Notes: generated by a model not told the origin, from the sequence alone. A DNA stretch of 63,885 nt, filler included, from Octopus bimaculoides (GCF_001194135.2; 6 parts of 6 records of this genome joined end to end with filler, not necessarily neighbours in it); one strand, 5' to 3'; counted from the whole stretch's first letter, positions 50,413-63,010 are shown. Translations and numbers: made by a program.

Positions 50413-50837
50413 ATGTGTGTGTGTGTGTGTGAGTATGTATGTATGTATGTATGCACACATAGATATACATACATATATATACATGCGCACAAATACAAAT
50501 AAATATGTATATATAAAGTTACATATATATCGATAAACACATACATCTATTCATATGTGTATAGAGACTTACGCGTGCGCACATACACACAGGCGCACGC
50601 ACAGACACACACGCAGACGCGCACACACAGGTGCACACACACAGGTGCACACACACATGCACACACCTATATGCAACATATGTGTATATATGTTTTTACA
50701 CGTGTGTGTGTGTGTGTGTATACATTCATCATGCAGTTTTTACAATATTTATATCATTAATTAATTTTATATATATATATATATATATAATACATAAATG
50801 TGTTTGTGTATGTATATATATCTCTGTGTGTGTATGC

Positions 50838-50902
<65 letters not shown>

Positions 50903-51411
50903 TGTATGTATGTATATATATATATATATATACACACACATATGCATTTATATGCAGGCATATACATATATGCGCGTGTAACACAAACACAGTGACAGCC
51001 ATACACAAATACGCACAGACGCACACACAAATAAGCAACCCACCACACACGTACACACACACACACACACACACATACACACACACGGTAGTGCGAGCTT
51101 GGGTGCGAGAGACAGAGAGAGAGAATGAAATTCACAGACCGACGGAGGATGACTAACGATTTCTATTCCTCGATTGCTTTAACACGATTATTATCTATCT
51201 TCCATGTAAGGAGAGTTCGTCGAATGTCAAATACTGGCGGAAGAGTAATGTCTAAAGTTTCGGACTAGGGGGATTTTTCCTTGGATTAATTGTTCCAATG
51301 GTTTCCTTGGAATTAAAACATTATACAATCTTTGATATTTTATTCGTTCTTTCCTTACTCTCTCGCTCTTTCCTCTCCCTCTCCTATTTCGTTATCTACC
51401 TATCTGTCTGC

Positions 51412-51459
<48 letters not shown>

Positions 51460-51647
51460 GTCCATTTTCTGTATTTAGCCCTGTGTGGCTATAATAAAAA
51501 GATATATTTANNNNNNNNNNNNNNNNNNNNNNNNNNNNNNNNNNNNNNNNNNNNTTAATTAATTAANNNNNNNNNNNNNNNNNNNNNNNNNNNNNNNNNN
51601 NNNNNNNNNNTATATATATGTATGTATATACATATATATATTTATAG

Positions 51648-51691
<44 letters not shown>

Positions 51692-51830
51692 GTGTATATA
51701 TATAAATAACCACAAGACTGTCAGGTGTAGATACTATATGCATACATACATACATACATACACATACATACATACATACATACATACGTATGTATGTACC
51801 TACGTTCCTACGTACGTTCATACCGCTCAT
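45991..51830. repeat. Microsatellite-dominated block: (TA), (TG), (CT), (TATC), (TATG) arrays separated by gaps
   Basis: Directly visible; all ORF-track ORFs here are dipeptide repeats or X runs. Confidence 0.9.
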
Positions 51831-52599
51831 ACCTAAACATACGCACAAACATTTAAGCACATGTTATATTATACTGTTTACAATAAATTACATTACACAT
51901 AATATAGTAATATATCATAATATAGTAATATACATCGCAATATGCGATGTATTCAAACCACACAGGAAGGACTAAGCTAGTTATACACTGAAACCAAGCT
52001 ATATAAATAATAAGACTAGAGAAATAATAACGATACACTAGTGGGAGTCATGAAAATTCTGCTTTATATACATGTTTTTATTTGTATTTAGATATATCAA
52101 TTTAGAGATCTTGATAATATCATTTTATTGTGTGAAAAATGCCGATTGTGTCTAAGATTTTATCCCATAGTTAAGTTTGCTATAAGCGCCATAACCATGG
52201 AACGAAACACTTGACATAATTGAAACTGTTTCTTTTGTATTAAAAAATTTCGATTATGTCTGATTTCTTTCCATTAGTATTTTGAAACGTAATATTTGAA
52301 CTTCCTTAATTGTGTTAAAGGTTTGGATTGTGTCACCGATTTTAGTTCCATAGTAAGGGTTGTTGCAAGTATAACATAGAATCGTAAACACTTCGATTAT
52401 GTCTTTGATTTTCTGCCAGAGTTATAATTACTGAAAGTATCATTTGAATATATGACGTGTGAAGTAGAATAATATACATAATGTTTTACACGAGCGCAAG
52501 GCATCGGTCACACATTTGTGTTTGTGTGTGAGAAAGGCTAGTCATTCACTGGAACCCAGAATATTGAGATGTTTAACTAAATATTGCAGGAAATTAAAT

Positions 52600-52844
52600 G
52601 AAGATGAAGAGGAAGAGGAAGACGACGACGACGATGTGGCGGTGGTGGGGGTGGTGGTGGTGGTGGTTGGGTACTGATGCTGGTGATGATGTTGGTGGTG
52701 GTGCTGATGGTAGTGTAAATGTGGTTATAGTGACGGTGGCGGAACCCGTTCGATTTCCTTAAGGCCCAATCACGGGTTTCGGTAAACAACATTTAAATAA
52801 TAACAAAAACAAGGATAATGATAATAACGACGACGATGATGATG

Positions 52845-52900
<56 letters not shown>

Positions 52901-53622
52901 ATGAAGAGAAAAGGAACTTTTAATTGATATTTAAAATAAGACAAAAACTAACTGAATAAATTAATAAATATGGAACCATTAAGAAGATGAGGTTTTAATT
53001 AAGTATAAAGACTGTTGTGTTGTTTTTATTGGTTTTGAAATTAATAGGAAATTAAAGGAGAGAGAAATGTTCATGTTTATACATTTGTCCCCAAGGATGA
53101 GCGTAAACATAAGTGAGCAGCAACAACAGCAGCAGCAGCCGCAGTAGCAGTAGTAGTAGTAGTCGTCGTCGTCGTCGTCGTCGTAGTAGTAGTAGTAGTT
53201 GTAGTAGTAGTAGTAGTAGTGGTGGTGGTGGTGGTGGTGGTGGGTAGGGGTGTGGGTGGTGGTGGTAGTAGTAGTAGTAGTNNNNNNNNNNNNNNNNNNN
53301 NNNNNNNNNNNNNNNNNNNNNNNNNNNNNNNNNNNNNNNNNNNNNNNNNNNNNNNNNNNNNNNNNNNNNNNNNNNNNNNNNNNNNNNNNNNNNNNNNNNN
53401 NNNNNNNNNNNNNNNNNNNNNNNNNNNNNNNNNNNNNNNNNNNNNNNNNNNNNNNNNNNNNNNNNNNNNNNNNNNNNNNNNNNNNNNNNNNNNNNNNNNN
53501 NNNNNNNNNNNNNNNNNNNNNNNNNNNNNNNNNNNNNNNNNNNNNNNNNNNNNNNNNNNNNNNNNNNNNNGGTGGTGGTGGTAGTAGTGGTAGTGTCGGT
53601 GGTGGTGGTGGTAGTAGTGGTG

Positions 53623-53691
<69 letters not shown>

Positions 53692-54246
53692 ATAACATCA
53701 ACAACTGCGGCAGCATTAAGAACCACAACCTTAACAAACACAGCAGCAACAACAACGACAACAACAACAACAACAACAACAACAACTACAACTGCAACAG
53801 CATTAACTAGAGCAGCAGCAACAATAGCATCGACAACAACAACAACAACAGCAGCAGTAGCAGCAACGACAACGACAACAGCAGCAAAGGCAGCGGCAGC
53901 AACAATAACAAAAAACAACAGCAACTTCAGCAGCAGCAGCAGCAGCAACAGAGGAACAACATGAATGAGACAGAGAGAGCCCCTATGGAAGCCATTTGGT
54001 GTGCTAGAAAAAGCAGTTAAGTTTGCCTTTCAAATCACGCGCCATACCGTTTTGAAGAAGGGTGTGGGAGGGGGAATGTTTTGAAGGACAACGACGAGGT
54101 GGATGGAACGAAAAGAAAAAACAACTTTAAGAAGTAAAAGAAAAGGGGAGGGACACGGGTGGAACGTCATTCAAGAAGAAGAAGAAGAAGAAAGAGAAGA
54201 AGAAGAAAGAGAAGAAGAAGAAAACGAAGAAGAAGAAGAAGAAGAA
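52600..54246. repeat. Low-complexity trinucleotide mosaic (GAT, GTA, GGT, CAA, CAG, GAA)
   Basis: Directly visible; homopolymeric ORFs with no domain content. Confidence 0.9.
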
Positions 54247-55899
54247 NNNNNNNNNNNNNNNNNNNNNNNNNNNNNNNNNNNNNNNNNNNNTTAATTAATT
54301 AANNNNNNNNNNNNNNNNNNNNNNNNNNNNNNNNNNNNNNNNNNNNATATATATACATATAATAGGTATTTACCTCTTTCTTTCGTTTGTACATCCACTC
54401 GCATATGTATGTAAATACGTGTGTGTCTGTGTGTGCTTACGTGTGTGTGCATCTGTATATATCTTTCTATCGCTTTATGTAGAAAATCAGTTTAACATTA
54501 AACTCAAGGGTTACTCTTTACTTTTAAGTGGAGTAGATGCGTATTAAGTTTTTACAAAGTAAAGGTTGGCATTGACTCCGAACATTTGACTTATTTGCCG
54601 TCATCATGCATACATAGAGAGAACAAAACAATACCAAAAAAAGTGTATTCATAAATTATTTCGCTACTTCATCTTCCGCACGTTTCATCAACAATGAAAC
54701 ATACCCGTAACCTAAGGAATACCATATAATTAGGTTGCATTGTTAATTCTTCAGAGAATGCGAAACTCTTATTAATGATGCTTAGTTTTCAGAAACATTA
54801 CGTCCGTTTTTTGTTTTTTTTCTGCACACTTTTGTTCAATGATTGTTTTCAATTCGTCGAATGTTTCCTGCTTAGGTGCGGGGTACAGCAATTTCATTAT
54901 TATTTCTAAAAATGTCTTGTGGATTAAGCTACGGTGAGGGCGCGGGCGGTATTCTACTGATCCGGAGAGTTCAATCTATTTGTCTTCAAAAATCTCGTCA
55001 AAACAGGCATTTACATTACACTGGTAGACATTTGCTAAACATAGAACTCTACTAATACAAGGTCCTCTTGAGTGCTTAACATGACAGATCGTTGCAACGG
55101 TTTAAGTAAGTGGTATCAATAATAGTTCCGTCAAAAAAGAATAGTTAAATTAATCCATTTGATACGCTATTCTATACTGTTATTACTACGAAACCAGCAT
55201 GATGTTCTTCTGAAAAATTGCGGATTCTCGGGACCCCAGTAGTTGCCTTATTGCGGTTAATTAAGTTATTTTGTTTAAATGTAGCCTCATCACCCCAATC
55301 AGTTTTTGAAGAAAAGTTTACATCCTCTACACATCTTGCCAAATACCACTATCCGGTTATTCTGCACTGAGAACATGAATTATGTTCTCCATGACAGCGC
55401 TTGATTAGGAATTTACTAATCCACGACTCGCTGCACAGATTTCTTTGAGATATAGAAATACGGTTTTTGTACCCTTTCTTGCTTTCTGTGGATTTTTTGA
55501 CATCCGCAGTCTTCTGAGACATTTCTTGAGGAGATTCCTAACAGTTTTATCTGCCTCAATATTATCTCAAATTCGTGTGATGGTATTGGAATGTTGCGCA
55601 GGCGGATTTGTTTCTAACTCCCTCCAAAACTGTCTTTGTACTTCAGTTGTATTTTCAGTCTTCCAGAAGAGCCTTTTAGAAAACATTTCTCTTCTTCAAA
55701 TCTTTGTCTGGCTTCTAGGGAGTAAAATCCAAAATAAAAATTAATTAAAATTCAGTGAGTTATCATCTGTTAAATTGTATATAGATTTGGCGGAGGGGCT
55801 TGGCTAATAGCCGGAAATATGATATATATCTGCAATAATTAAAAACTAATTTAAATCTAAATTTCTTTTTGCATATACATATTGATGAAATGAAAAGTA

Positions 55900-56334
55900 G
55901 TTTTCAAAGGATACGCACACAAACGCACAGAACTGATATAATGATTTGCGATAGAGAAGTGAAACTGTGTACAGTTATGGAAATTAGGTGCCCAGCGGAT
56001 ATTAACAAAAAGCTGAAGTTCAGTGAAAAAGAGAACATCTACGCTGAACTGTTGAGAAACCTGTAGTTACTCTATCTAGATTACAAGTTCAGGAGTTGGG
56101 ATATGTAACACACTGCCTAAATACCAATCCTGAGAAATTCCGCTTATCAAAACCAGAAAGGAGAAAGCTACAGATTCAGTCCATCACTGGAACTGTAAAA
56201 ATCTGTAAACCTTTCTAAAAGTTTATCATTTAAATATATAAGTCTAGATATGCATACATAAAACACAACATACAAATCTGCACATATACATACATATAAA
56301 CATACATAAATACATACATGCATGCATACATACA

Positions 56335-56367
<33 letters not shown>

Positions 56368-56470
56368 TATGCTGTTGATGTTGAAATTCCAATGAAGGAA
56401 TCATGGATCTAGCTTAGAAACCGGCTCCTTTTCTATTGGCAAGAAATTTTGAAATAAACTGAATAATGAC
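55900..56470 (+). mobile_element. RLE-type non-LTR retrotransposon 3' end (R4/NeSL-like endonuclease plus 3' UTR ending in (CATA)n)
   Basis: RTDIMICDREVKLCTVMEIRCPADINKKLKFSEKENIYAELLRNL*LLY.DYKF / LGYVTHCL..LQIQSITGTVKICK fits the PD..E..CP.D....K...Y restriction-like motif; the UTR runs into catacatac repeats. Confidence 0.75.
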
Positions 56471-56736
56471 ATACATACATACATACATACATACATACAT
56501 TCGTACATATATACATACACACGCGCACACATACACATACATACACATATCTATATATAAGCCTAAAATATAATTAGATAAAACAAGTCGCTCATTTGTG
56601 CAACTCCAACCATAAATATTTTACCATATACTTCAGTTCTGTCGGCATGATATGTTCTCATTGTGGCTGTGGAGTTCTTTTACTCATTGCCTGACTCCGA
56701 GCCTAGTATGTGCACTCTATATCCCTTTTCTTACAC

Positions 56737-56796
<60 letters not shown>

Positions 56797-56958
56797 GGAT
56801 GTAAACAGGGACATTTGTAAACTAAGAGCAGTATTAAAAGCACAATCTAACTAACACTCCGTCGGTTACGACGATGCGGGCCTCAGTTGATTCAATCAAG
56901 TTTTGTCTTTAGCTCTGTTTTTCTTCTGATTACTGATATATTTTCAATTGATGAAATA

Positions 56959-57035
56959 CAGAAATCCCTCGATTATCGCGGGTGTTACGTTCCCAACCCC
57001 CCGCGATAGGTGAAAATCCCGCGATGCAGAAACAG
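56959..57035 (+). mobile_element. Possible Tigger/pogo-like terminal fragment
   Basis: TA followed by cagaaatccctcgattatcgcgggtgttacgttcccaacccccgcgataggtgaaaatcccgcga resembles pogo/Tigger ends; only one end seen. Confidence 0.45.
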
Positions 57036-57049
57036 TACTGTACTCGTCT

Positions 57050-57235
57050 TTTATTCTTGTATTCTTTTACTTGTTTCAGTCATTTGAGTGCGGTCATACT
57101 GGAGCACCACCTTTAGTCGAACAAATCGACTCCGAGACTTATTTTTTTAAAGCCTAGTATTTAATCTATCGATCTCTTTTTGCCGAACCGTTAGCTTACA
57201 GGGACGTAAACACACACACACAAACATACACACAC
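57050..57235 (-). mobile_element. SINE family C tail (head fragment at 57705-57858)
   Basis: cttttacttgtttcagtcatttgagtgcggtcatactggagcaccacctttagtcga..gccgaaccgttag. Confidence 0.8.
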
Positions 57236-57275
57236 AAACACACATATACATACATATATATATATCTGTCATACT

Positions 57276-57315
57276 GGCCATGACGAAGGGAAATAGCCCT
57301 GAAACTCGAGTCGCC
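57276..57315 (+). ncRNA. Type I hammerhead-like motif with a 1-nt core insertion
   Basis: ggc CaTGACGA aggg aaatag ccct GAAA ctcgag TC gcc: stems I and II perfect, stem III palindrome ACTCGAGT, GUC ending 57312. Confidence 0.55.
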
Positions 57316-57676
57316 TTTATATATTTATATTTATATATTTGATCCTTTATATTGAAAACTCAATATTTCATCTACATTCAATACTTTATTTCATGGTGCC
57401 ATCCATTTTTATTTTATTTTATTTTATTTTATATATTGTATATTCCATATTATATATTGTATATTCCANNNNNNNNNNTATTTTATTTTATTTTATATAT
57501 TGTATATTCCATATTATATATTGTATATTCCATATTCTATACCCCACATTGGTTCTGCAGGAATATAAATAAAACATAAAAAACAGACAGTGTTGGAACT
57601 CTTTTAAACAAAATAATATATTCCTCTATACACAATCATACAAAAAATACACCTTTTTTGTATTTATTTTTACTCG

Positions 57677-57708
<32 letters not shown>

Positions 57709-57971
57709 CGACAGAATTTTTTCAGGTTCTGTCTACCAAATCCAGTCACAAGGCTCTGGTTGACCCAAGGCTATAGTTGCTCTAGGTGGCACGCAGCGGG
57801 ACTGAAACCGGAACATTGTGTTTGGGAAGCAAGCTTCTTACTACACAGCCACGCCTATAAGTATATATTTTATTATAAATTGAAAACAACACCACGGAGC
57901 AATCGACATTAGCTTAATTAATAAACAGCGATAGGCCAACCGCGATATGCGAACCACGATACCTTTATACA

Positions 57972-58043
57972 ACCTCGGTTGTATAAAGGTAAGTATGAAC
58001 ACCTGTCACGTGGGAGACTGGGGTTCGATTCCCCGCTTGAGAA
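57972..58043 (+). pseudogene. tRNA-Asp(GTC) pseudogene
   Basis: 72 nt colinear with eukaryotic tRNA-Asp: ..agtat..cctGTCacgtgggagactggggttcgattccccg. B box and T arm intact; acceptor stem has 3 mismatches and anticodon stem 2. Confidence 0.8.
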
Positions 58044-58052
58044 GCAATATGC

Positions 58053-58235
58053 AAAGCGGTAAACTGGGAGAATCGTTAAAGCGTCGGACGAAATGCTTAG
58101 CAGCATTTCTTTCAGTTCTTTGCGTTCTAAATTCAAATTCCGCCGAGATCGACTTCGCTTTTCATCCTCTCGGGATCGATAAAATAATTTTCCCCACCCC
58201 CAAAAGTGTTGGCCTTTTGCCAAAATTGGAAAGAA
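58053..58235 (+). mobile_element. SINE family B directly downstream of the tRNA pseudogene
   Basis: ggagaatcgttaaagcgtcggacgaaatgcttagcagc..aaattccgccgagatcgacttcgcttttcatcctctcgggatcgataaaataa. Confidence 0.85.
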
Positions 58236-58498
58236 ATATTGGTTTTCTTTTCTTTCGTCTAGATTGATATGGTTTATGACAGATGTGATTAACCATCATT
58301 CCGGTCTATATTCTGTGACAGTCTGTAGCACATTTACATGTAATACTGTAAAATTGATTCAATAGAAGTTGAATATACATCCTGTGAGCGATTGCTTTAT
58401 CTTATGAACGGCAATAAAAAAAAATCAATAAGTTATATGTAAATTTGAAGCATGTATGATCGAACATGCCCTTTAATGATCAATAATGAAGAATATTA

Positions 58499-58542
<44 letters not shown>

Positions 58543-58549
58543 TTGGTCG

Positions 58550-58581
<32 letters not shown>

Positions 58582-58700
58582 GCTGTGGACGTCGTCGTTG
58601 TTGTTGTTGCTGCTGCTGCTGCTGTTGTTTTGCTATAGTAAATAAGACAGCAACAGTAGCTGCAGCAAGAAACAGCACCAGCTAGACCACCAGCAGCAGC

Positions 58701-58735
<35 letters not shown>

Positions 58736-58850
58736 CAGTTAGTGGTGATAGTAGTAGTGGTGATAGTAGTAGTAGCATAGTAGTAGTAGTAGTAGTAGTA
58801 GTAGTAGCAGCAGCAGTAGTAGCTAGTGGTGATAGTAGTAGTAGTGGTGA

Positions 58851-58884
<34 letters not shown>

Positions 58885-58930
58885 GGTGGTGGTGGTGATG
58901 GTGGTGGTGGTGGTGGTGGTGGGGGTAGTA

Positions 58931-58993
<63 letters not shown>

Positions 58994-59035
58994 ATGGTGA
59001 TGATGGTGGTGTTGGTGGTGGTTGGTGGTGGTATA
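58499..59035. repeat. (GTA)/(GTT)/(GCT)/(GGT) trinucleotide mosaic
   Basis: Directly visible. Confidence 0.9.
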
Positions 59036-60244
59036 TGTTATGTAGCGTGTTTTGCTTCTCTTCTCCCTTTATGAAAGAATTCAGGTCTCAGTACTTTGAA
59101 CCCTCGAAAAATATGCATTTTAATGCTAACATATTTAAATCAAGGAACCTTCAGGAAGCTAACTAGGAAATAATTGATGCACGACGAGGAAATAACAGAC
59201 GATATCAATCAATGACTATGGATATATTCTTTCTTTTAGCAAATAGGGGAGATCACCCCAGACATGTGTTGGTCTTGTTCTAGCCTCGTCGGTGAAGCAT
59301 AACCTCACTACATTTCCCAAAGTAGTAATGAGGAAATCGCAAAGTAAATATGCTTGGTTTTATATTTATTGACAGAAACAAATTTGGACATGTTTTCGTC
59401 TTATTCTGTTCTCAACAGCGAAGTATAATCTTCACCATACATATCTCAGTTGTAACGAGTCAATGGCGTATAACACACGCATTTTTGTTTCAAAGTTACT
59501 CCAAATCACCCTGCGTCAAGTGCAGCTGTATTATAGATGAGAGACTGTGATCCTTAGTCTAGGGAACCGGATAGGCATAAGTCTGCTAATTATAATAATT
59601 GTTACTAATGATAAACTATTGTAAACAAACCAAATTATCTCAGACTGTTAGCACAAACTCACGGAAATTTGCAAACAGTACGTTGGTAGTCATGCGGGAA
59701 CGTCACATGAACTCCATATACTTTTTCTTCAGCATATTTAATTCATATTGGATATATGTCACACAAAATTCAAAGATTCTGTTTCTTATTAGAAACATCA
59801 TTCTTATTATCTAAATGATAAATTTTCCTAGAAAAATAAATGGAATATTAATAAACTTTCAAGCGCTTGTCAACTAGTTGCAATGTGTGGATGACAACAA
59901 AATCATAGCGGAGGTGCGCCACCATAATGACCGAACGCAAATGTATCAATTCTCGTGACCAAAATATCGACAACTATATTGTTGAAATTTAATACACCTA
60001 TAGCATAGTTAATTCATGATAGATTTATGGTTTTATACTTTATTCCCGTTTACTGGCCACAATATTGTCTGCACAAGACTTCTCATTTTCCCCTACAAAG
60101 TCACTTTAAGTACCTTTCAATGTGTTCGATGAAAGATAAGTGTTTATTTTTTCTGCAAACGTCTCTTTGTAAAATAGGATTGCGTTTTACGCTAGCATTA
60201 TCTTTAACGCCGACAAATTGGATGCATATAGTAAATTTATTATT

Positions 60245-60553
60245 TTTTTACGCCCTTTTAAAGCCTAGCCAGGCGCATGGGCCCGGTTTCCCGGTTTCTT
60301 TGGCGTATGAGTTCCCCCCACCTGCTGGACGGGACGCCAGCTCATCGCAGCTTTACTCAAGAAACAGGAAGAAAGAGTGAGAGAAAGTTGGGGCGAAAGA
60401 GTACAACAGGGGTCGCCACCACCCACTGCCGGAGCCTCGTGGAGCTTGGGTGTATTCGATCAATAAACACACACAACGCACGGTCTGAGAATCGAAACCG
60501 CGATCCTCCGAACGCGAGTCCGCTGCCCTAACCACTGGGCCATTGCACCTCCA
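60245..60553 (-). mobile_element. SINE family A variant with a different 3' tail, 13-bp TSD
   Basis: TSD TAAATTTATTATT at 60232-44 and 60554-66. 60360-60553 is the family A head; the tail in sense reads ..gctgcgatgagctggcgtcccgtccagcagg..gaaaccgggaaaccgggcccatgcgcctggctaggcttt. Confidence 0.9.
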
Positions 60554-60885
60554 TAAATTTATTATTGCAGGAAAGTAAAACTGTTTCTAAATAAAAATTA
60601 TTCGGGGATGATGCTGGGGCACCGTCATTCATGCAGAGGATGTCACTCACTTCCTTTTAAGGTTACGAACCCTTTTGTTACCATATTTCGGATGAAATGC
60701 ACAGGATTTGTTTCGATTACGTTGTTATTAATCTAGTGTTTGGAACACAAATTAAAATAGATTTTGATGGATAGTTATAGTTTCGATTACGGTTTACAAT
60801 TTTCTTACCATGTTTCCATTGGAACACATTGTCTTTGCTCCAATTAATTTTTTAAATAAGTTTCATTATTAAGCTGTTGTTTAAG

Positions 60886-61325
60886 GTGACGAGCTGACAG
60901 AAACAATAGCACGCTGGGCGAGATGCTTAGCGGTATTTCGTCTGCTGTTACGTTCTGAGTTCAAATTCCACCTAGGTCGATTTTACCTTTCATTCTTTCG
61001 GGGTCGATTAAGTAAGTACCAGTTGCACACTAAGGTTGATATAATCGACTTAATCCCTTCTTCGAAGCTGCCCTTGTGGCAAAAAAATTTGAAATCATTA
61101 AGCTGCTGTTTACCTCGGCAAGCTGACAGAATCGTATGCGCCGGGCAAAATGCTTAGCGACATTTCGTTTATATTCACGTACTGATGTCAAATCCTGCTG
61201 AGGATGACTTTTCCTGTCACCTTTCTAGGGTCAATAAAATAAGTACCAGTTGAACACTGGGGTCGATGTAATCGACTCATAACCTCCTCAGAAATTGCTT
61301 ACTCTGTGCCAAAATTTGAAGACAT
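60886..61325 (+). mobile_element. Two tandem SINE family B copies (~60886-61098, ~61115-61325)
   Basis: Each has the gagctgacagaa..gcttagcg..caaat..aataagtaccagttg..gtcgat..aatcgact layout. Confidence 0.85.
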
Positions 61326-61420
61326 TATTTAATTGGTGTTTAAAACAGAAAATAGCATGAAATTTTGATGGAGTGCTTCGTCCAAGATCACTTTAAATCA
61401 GAGTGTTTGTAGCATAGAAC

Positions 61421-61483
61421 TAGGGTTTCTACCCTCGTAAATAGGGTTTCTAATCCTGTAAATAGAGTTTCTGCTCTCGTAAT
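61421..61483. repeat. 21-bp minisatellite x3
   Basis: tagggtttctaccctcgtaaa / tagggtttctaatcctgtaaa / tagagtttctgctctcgtaat. Confidence 0.8.
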
Positions 61484-61628
61484 AACTTTTCTCAAACACC
61501 TGTTTTATAGAATTAGTTTCCTTCTTGTGCCTAACCTCGATGAAATATTATCACTTAAATTCTTAGGTTAATCGTTTTATGATTCTCGGGACAAATGTCG
61601 CTTTTTCGTTCGTAACTCCAAACATACC

Positions 61629-62016
61629 GTGGAGGCGCAATGGCCCAGTGGTTAGGGCAGTGGACTCGCGGTCATAGGATCGCGGTTTCGATTCCCAGAC
61701 CGGGCGTTGTGAGTGTTTATTGAGCGAAAACACCTAAAACTCCACGAGGCTCCCGCAGGGGTTGGGGGCGAACCCTGCTGTACTCCTTCACCACAACTTT
61801 CTCTCACTCTTACTTCCTGTTTCTGTTGTGCCTGTATTTCAAAGGGTCAGCCTTGTCATACTCTATGTCACGCTGAATATCCCCGAGAAGTACGTTAAGG
61901 GTACACGTGTCTGTGGAGTGCTCAGCCACTTGCACGTTAATTTCACGAGCAGGCTGTTCCGTTGATTGGATCAACTGGAACCCTCGACGTCGTAAGCGAC
62001 GGAGTGCCAACAACAA
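61629..62016 (+). mobile_element. tRNA-derived SINE family A, full length, 11-bp TSD
   Basis: TSD CCAAACATACC at 61618-28 and 62017-27; head gtggaggcgcaatggcccagtggttagggc..ggtttcgattccc; tail ..cgtcgtaagcgacggagtgccaacaacaa. Confidence 0.95.
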
Positions 62017-62928
62017 CCAAACATACCAAGTGGCCGGTTGCCTCTTGCCACCTTGGTGGCAGCAATTTTTGGTAAAATAAAAATTAAAAAATACATGCTA
62101 TACTAGATGAACTTTTGTATCTCCGAATATATGTAAAATGAGGAGTTGAATTCTTAGTTGGTATTTGTTTTTATTTCGTTTCACCCAGGAACAACAACAC
62201 TGGCACAGGCAGAATACGAACAATTGAGTCTCTAGCTAAGATACCCTACAATTTATTCACTTTGCTATTACATTTTTCCCCTCTTATATCAACGATGAGA
62301 CATAGCACGGCGTGGTAGGACGGGCTTGGGCGGTCTAGGGCGCATCGGTTAGATAACGGATCCCATTAAATCATGTGATACTTGAAGATAGCTACAACAC
62401 TGAAGCCCCCGTCAGCCGCCGCTGGCTGCATTAGTTGAGAAGAGTTAACACATAATAATGGCTTATCATTTTTCCGTTGCTAGTTTCTGTTTTCGTCGTC
62501 AGGACCATTAACTGTCCTTCATGTCAAAATATTGAAACTTCTTTCCAATGTTACCTACCTACTTGAAGCATCAGAATCTTAGTTCTTACCTTTAGGAAAA
62601 TTACCATCTTCTCACGTCGTTCCCCACAAACACCAACCCCACCACCGCCACCACCGCCATCACCACGACTCTTCTCACATCTAATATCTGAGAATATTTC
62701 TTTTTTTTATTTTCTTCCTTTCTTTTTCTTCTTTTTCTTTTCTTTTTTTTTTTTTTNNNNNNNNNNNNNNNNNNNNNNNNNNNNNNNNNNNNNNNNNNNN
62801 TTAATTAATTAANNNNNNNNNNNNNNNNNNNNNNNNNNNNNNNNNNNNNNNNNNNNATATATATCAGTGTGCCCGTGAACAGTGTTAGAGCATTTCAAAA
62901 ACATACAGGACAGCTAAAATATATTTAC

Positions 62929-62937
<9 letters not shown>

Positions 62938-63009
<72 letters not shown>

Positions 63010-63010
63010 T
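62938..63010. repeat. (AAT)n microsatellite
   Basis: Directly visible. Confidence 0.95.

Noticed and set aside
52979-53964. Long poly-L/V/T/Q/S ORFs
   Set aside because: Trinucleotide mosaics spanning a gap; the poly-Q frame contains stops; no splice or domain support.
54980-55740. Possible minus-strand N-terminal RT region of an R4-like element (FW..., LLIP, CL.N.Y)
   Set aside because: Motifs are weak and their spacing does not fit; needs blastx.
61629-61700. SINE heads (families A and C) as functional tRNA genes
   Set aside because: They lack a complete cloverleaf, continue into long SINE bodies and are bounded by TSDs.
62470-62510. Minus-strand CTGACGA..GAAACTAG
   Set aside because: No stem II pairing and no cleavage triplet.
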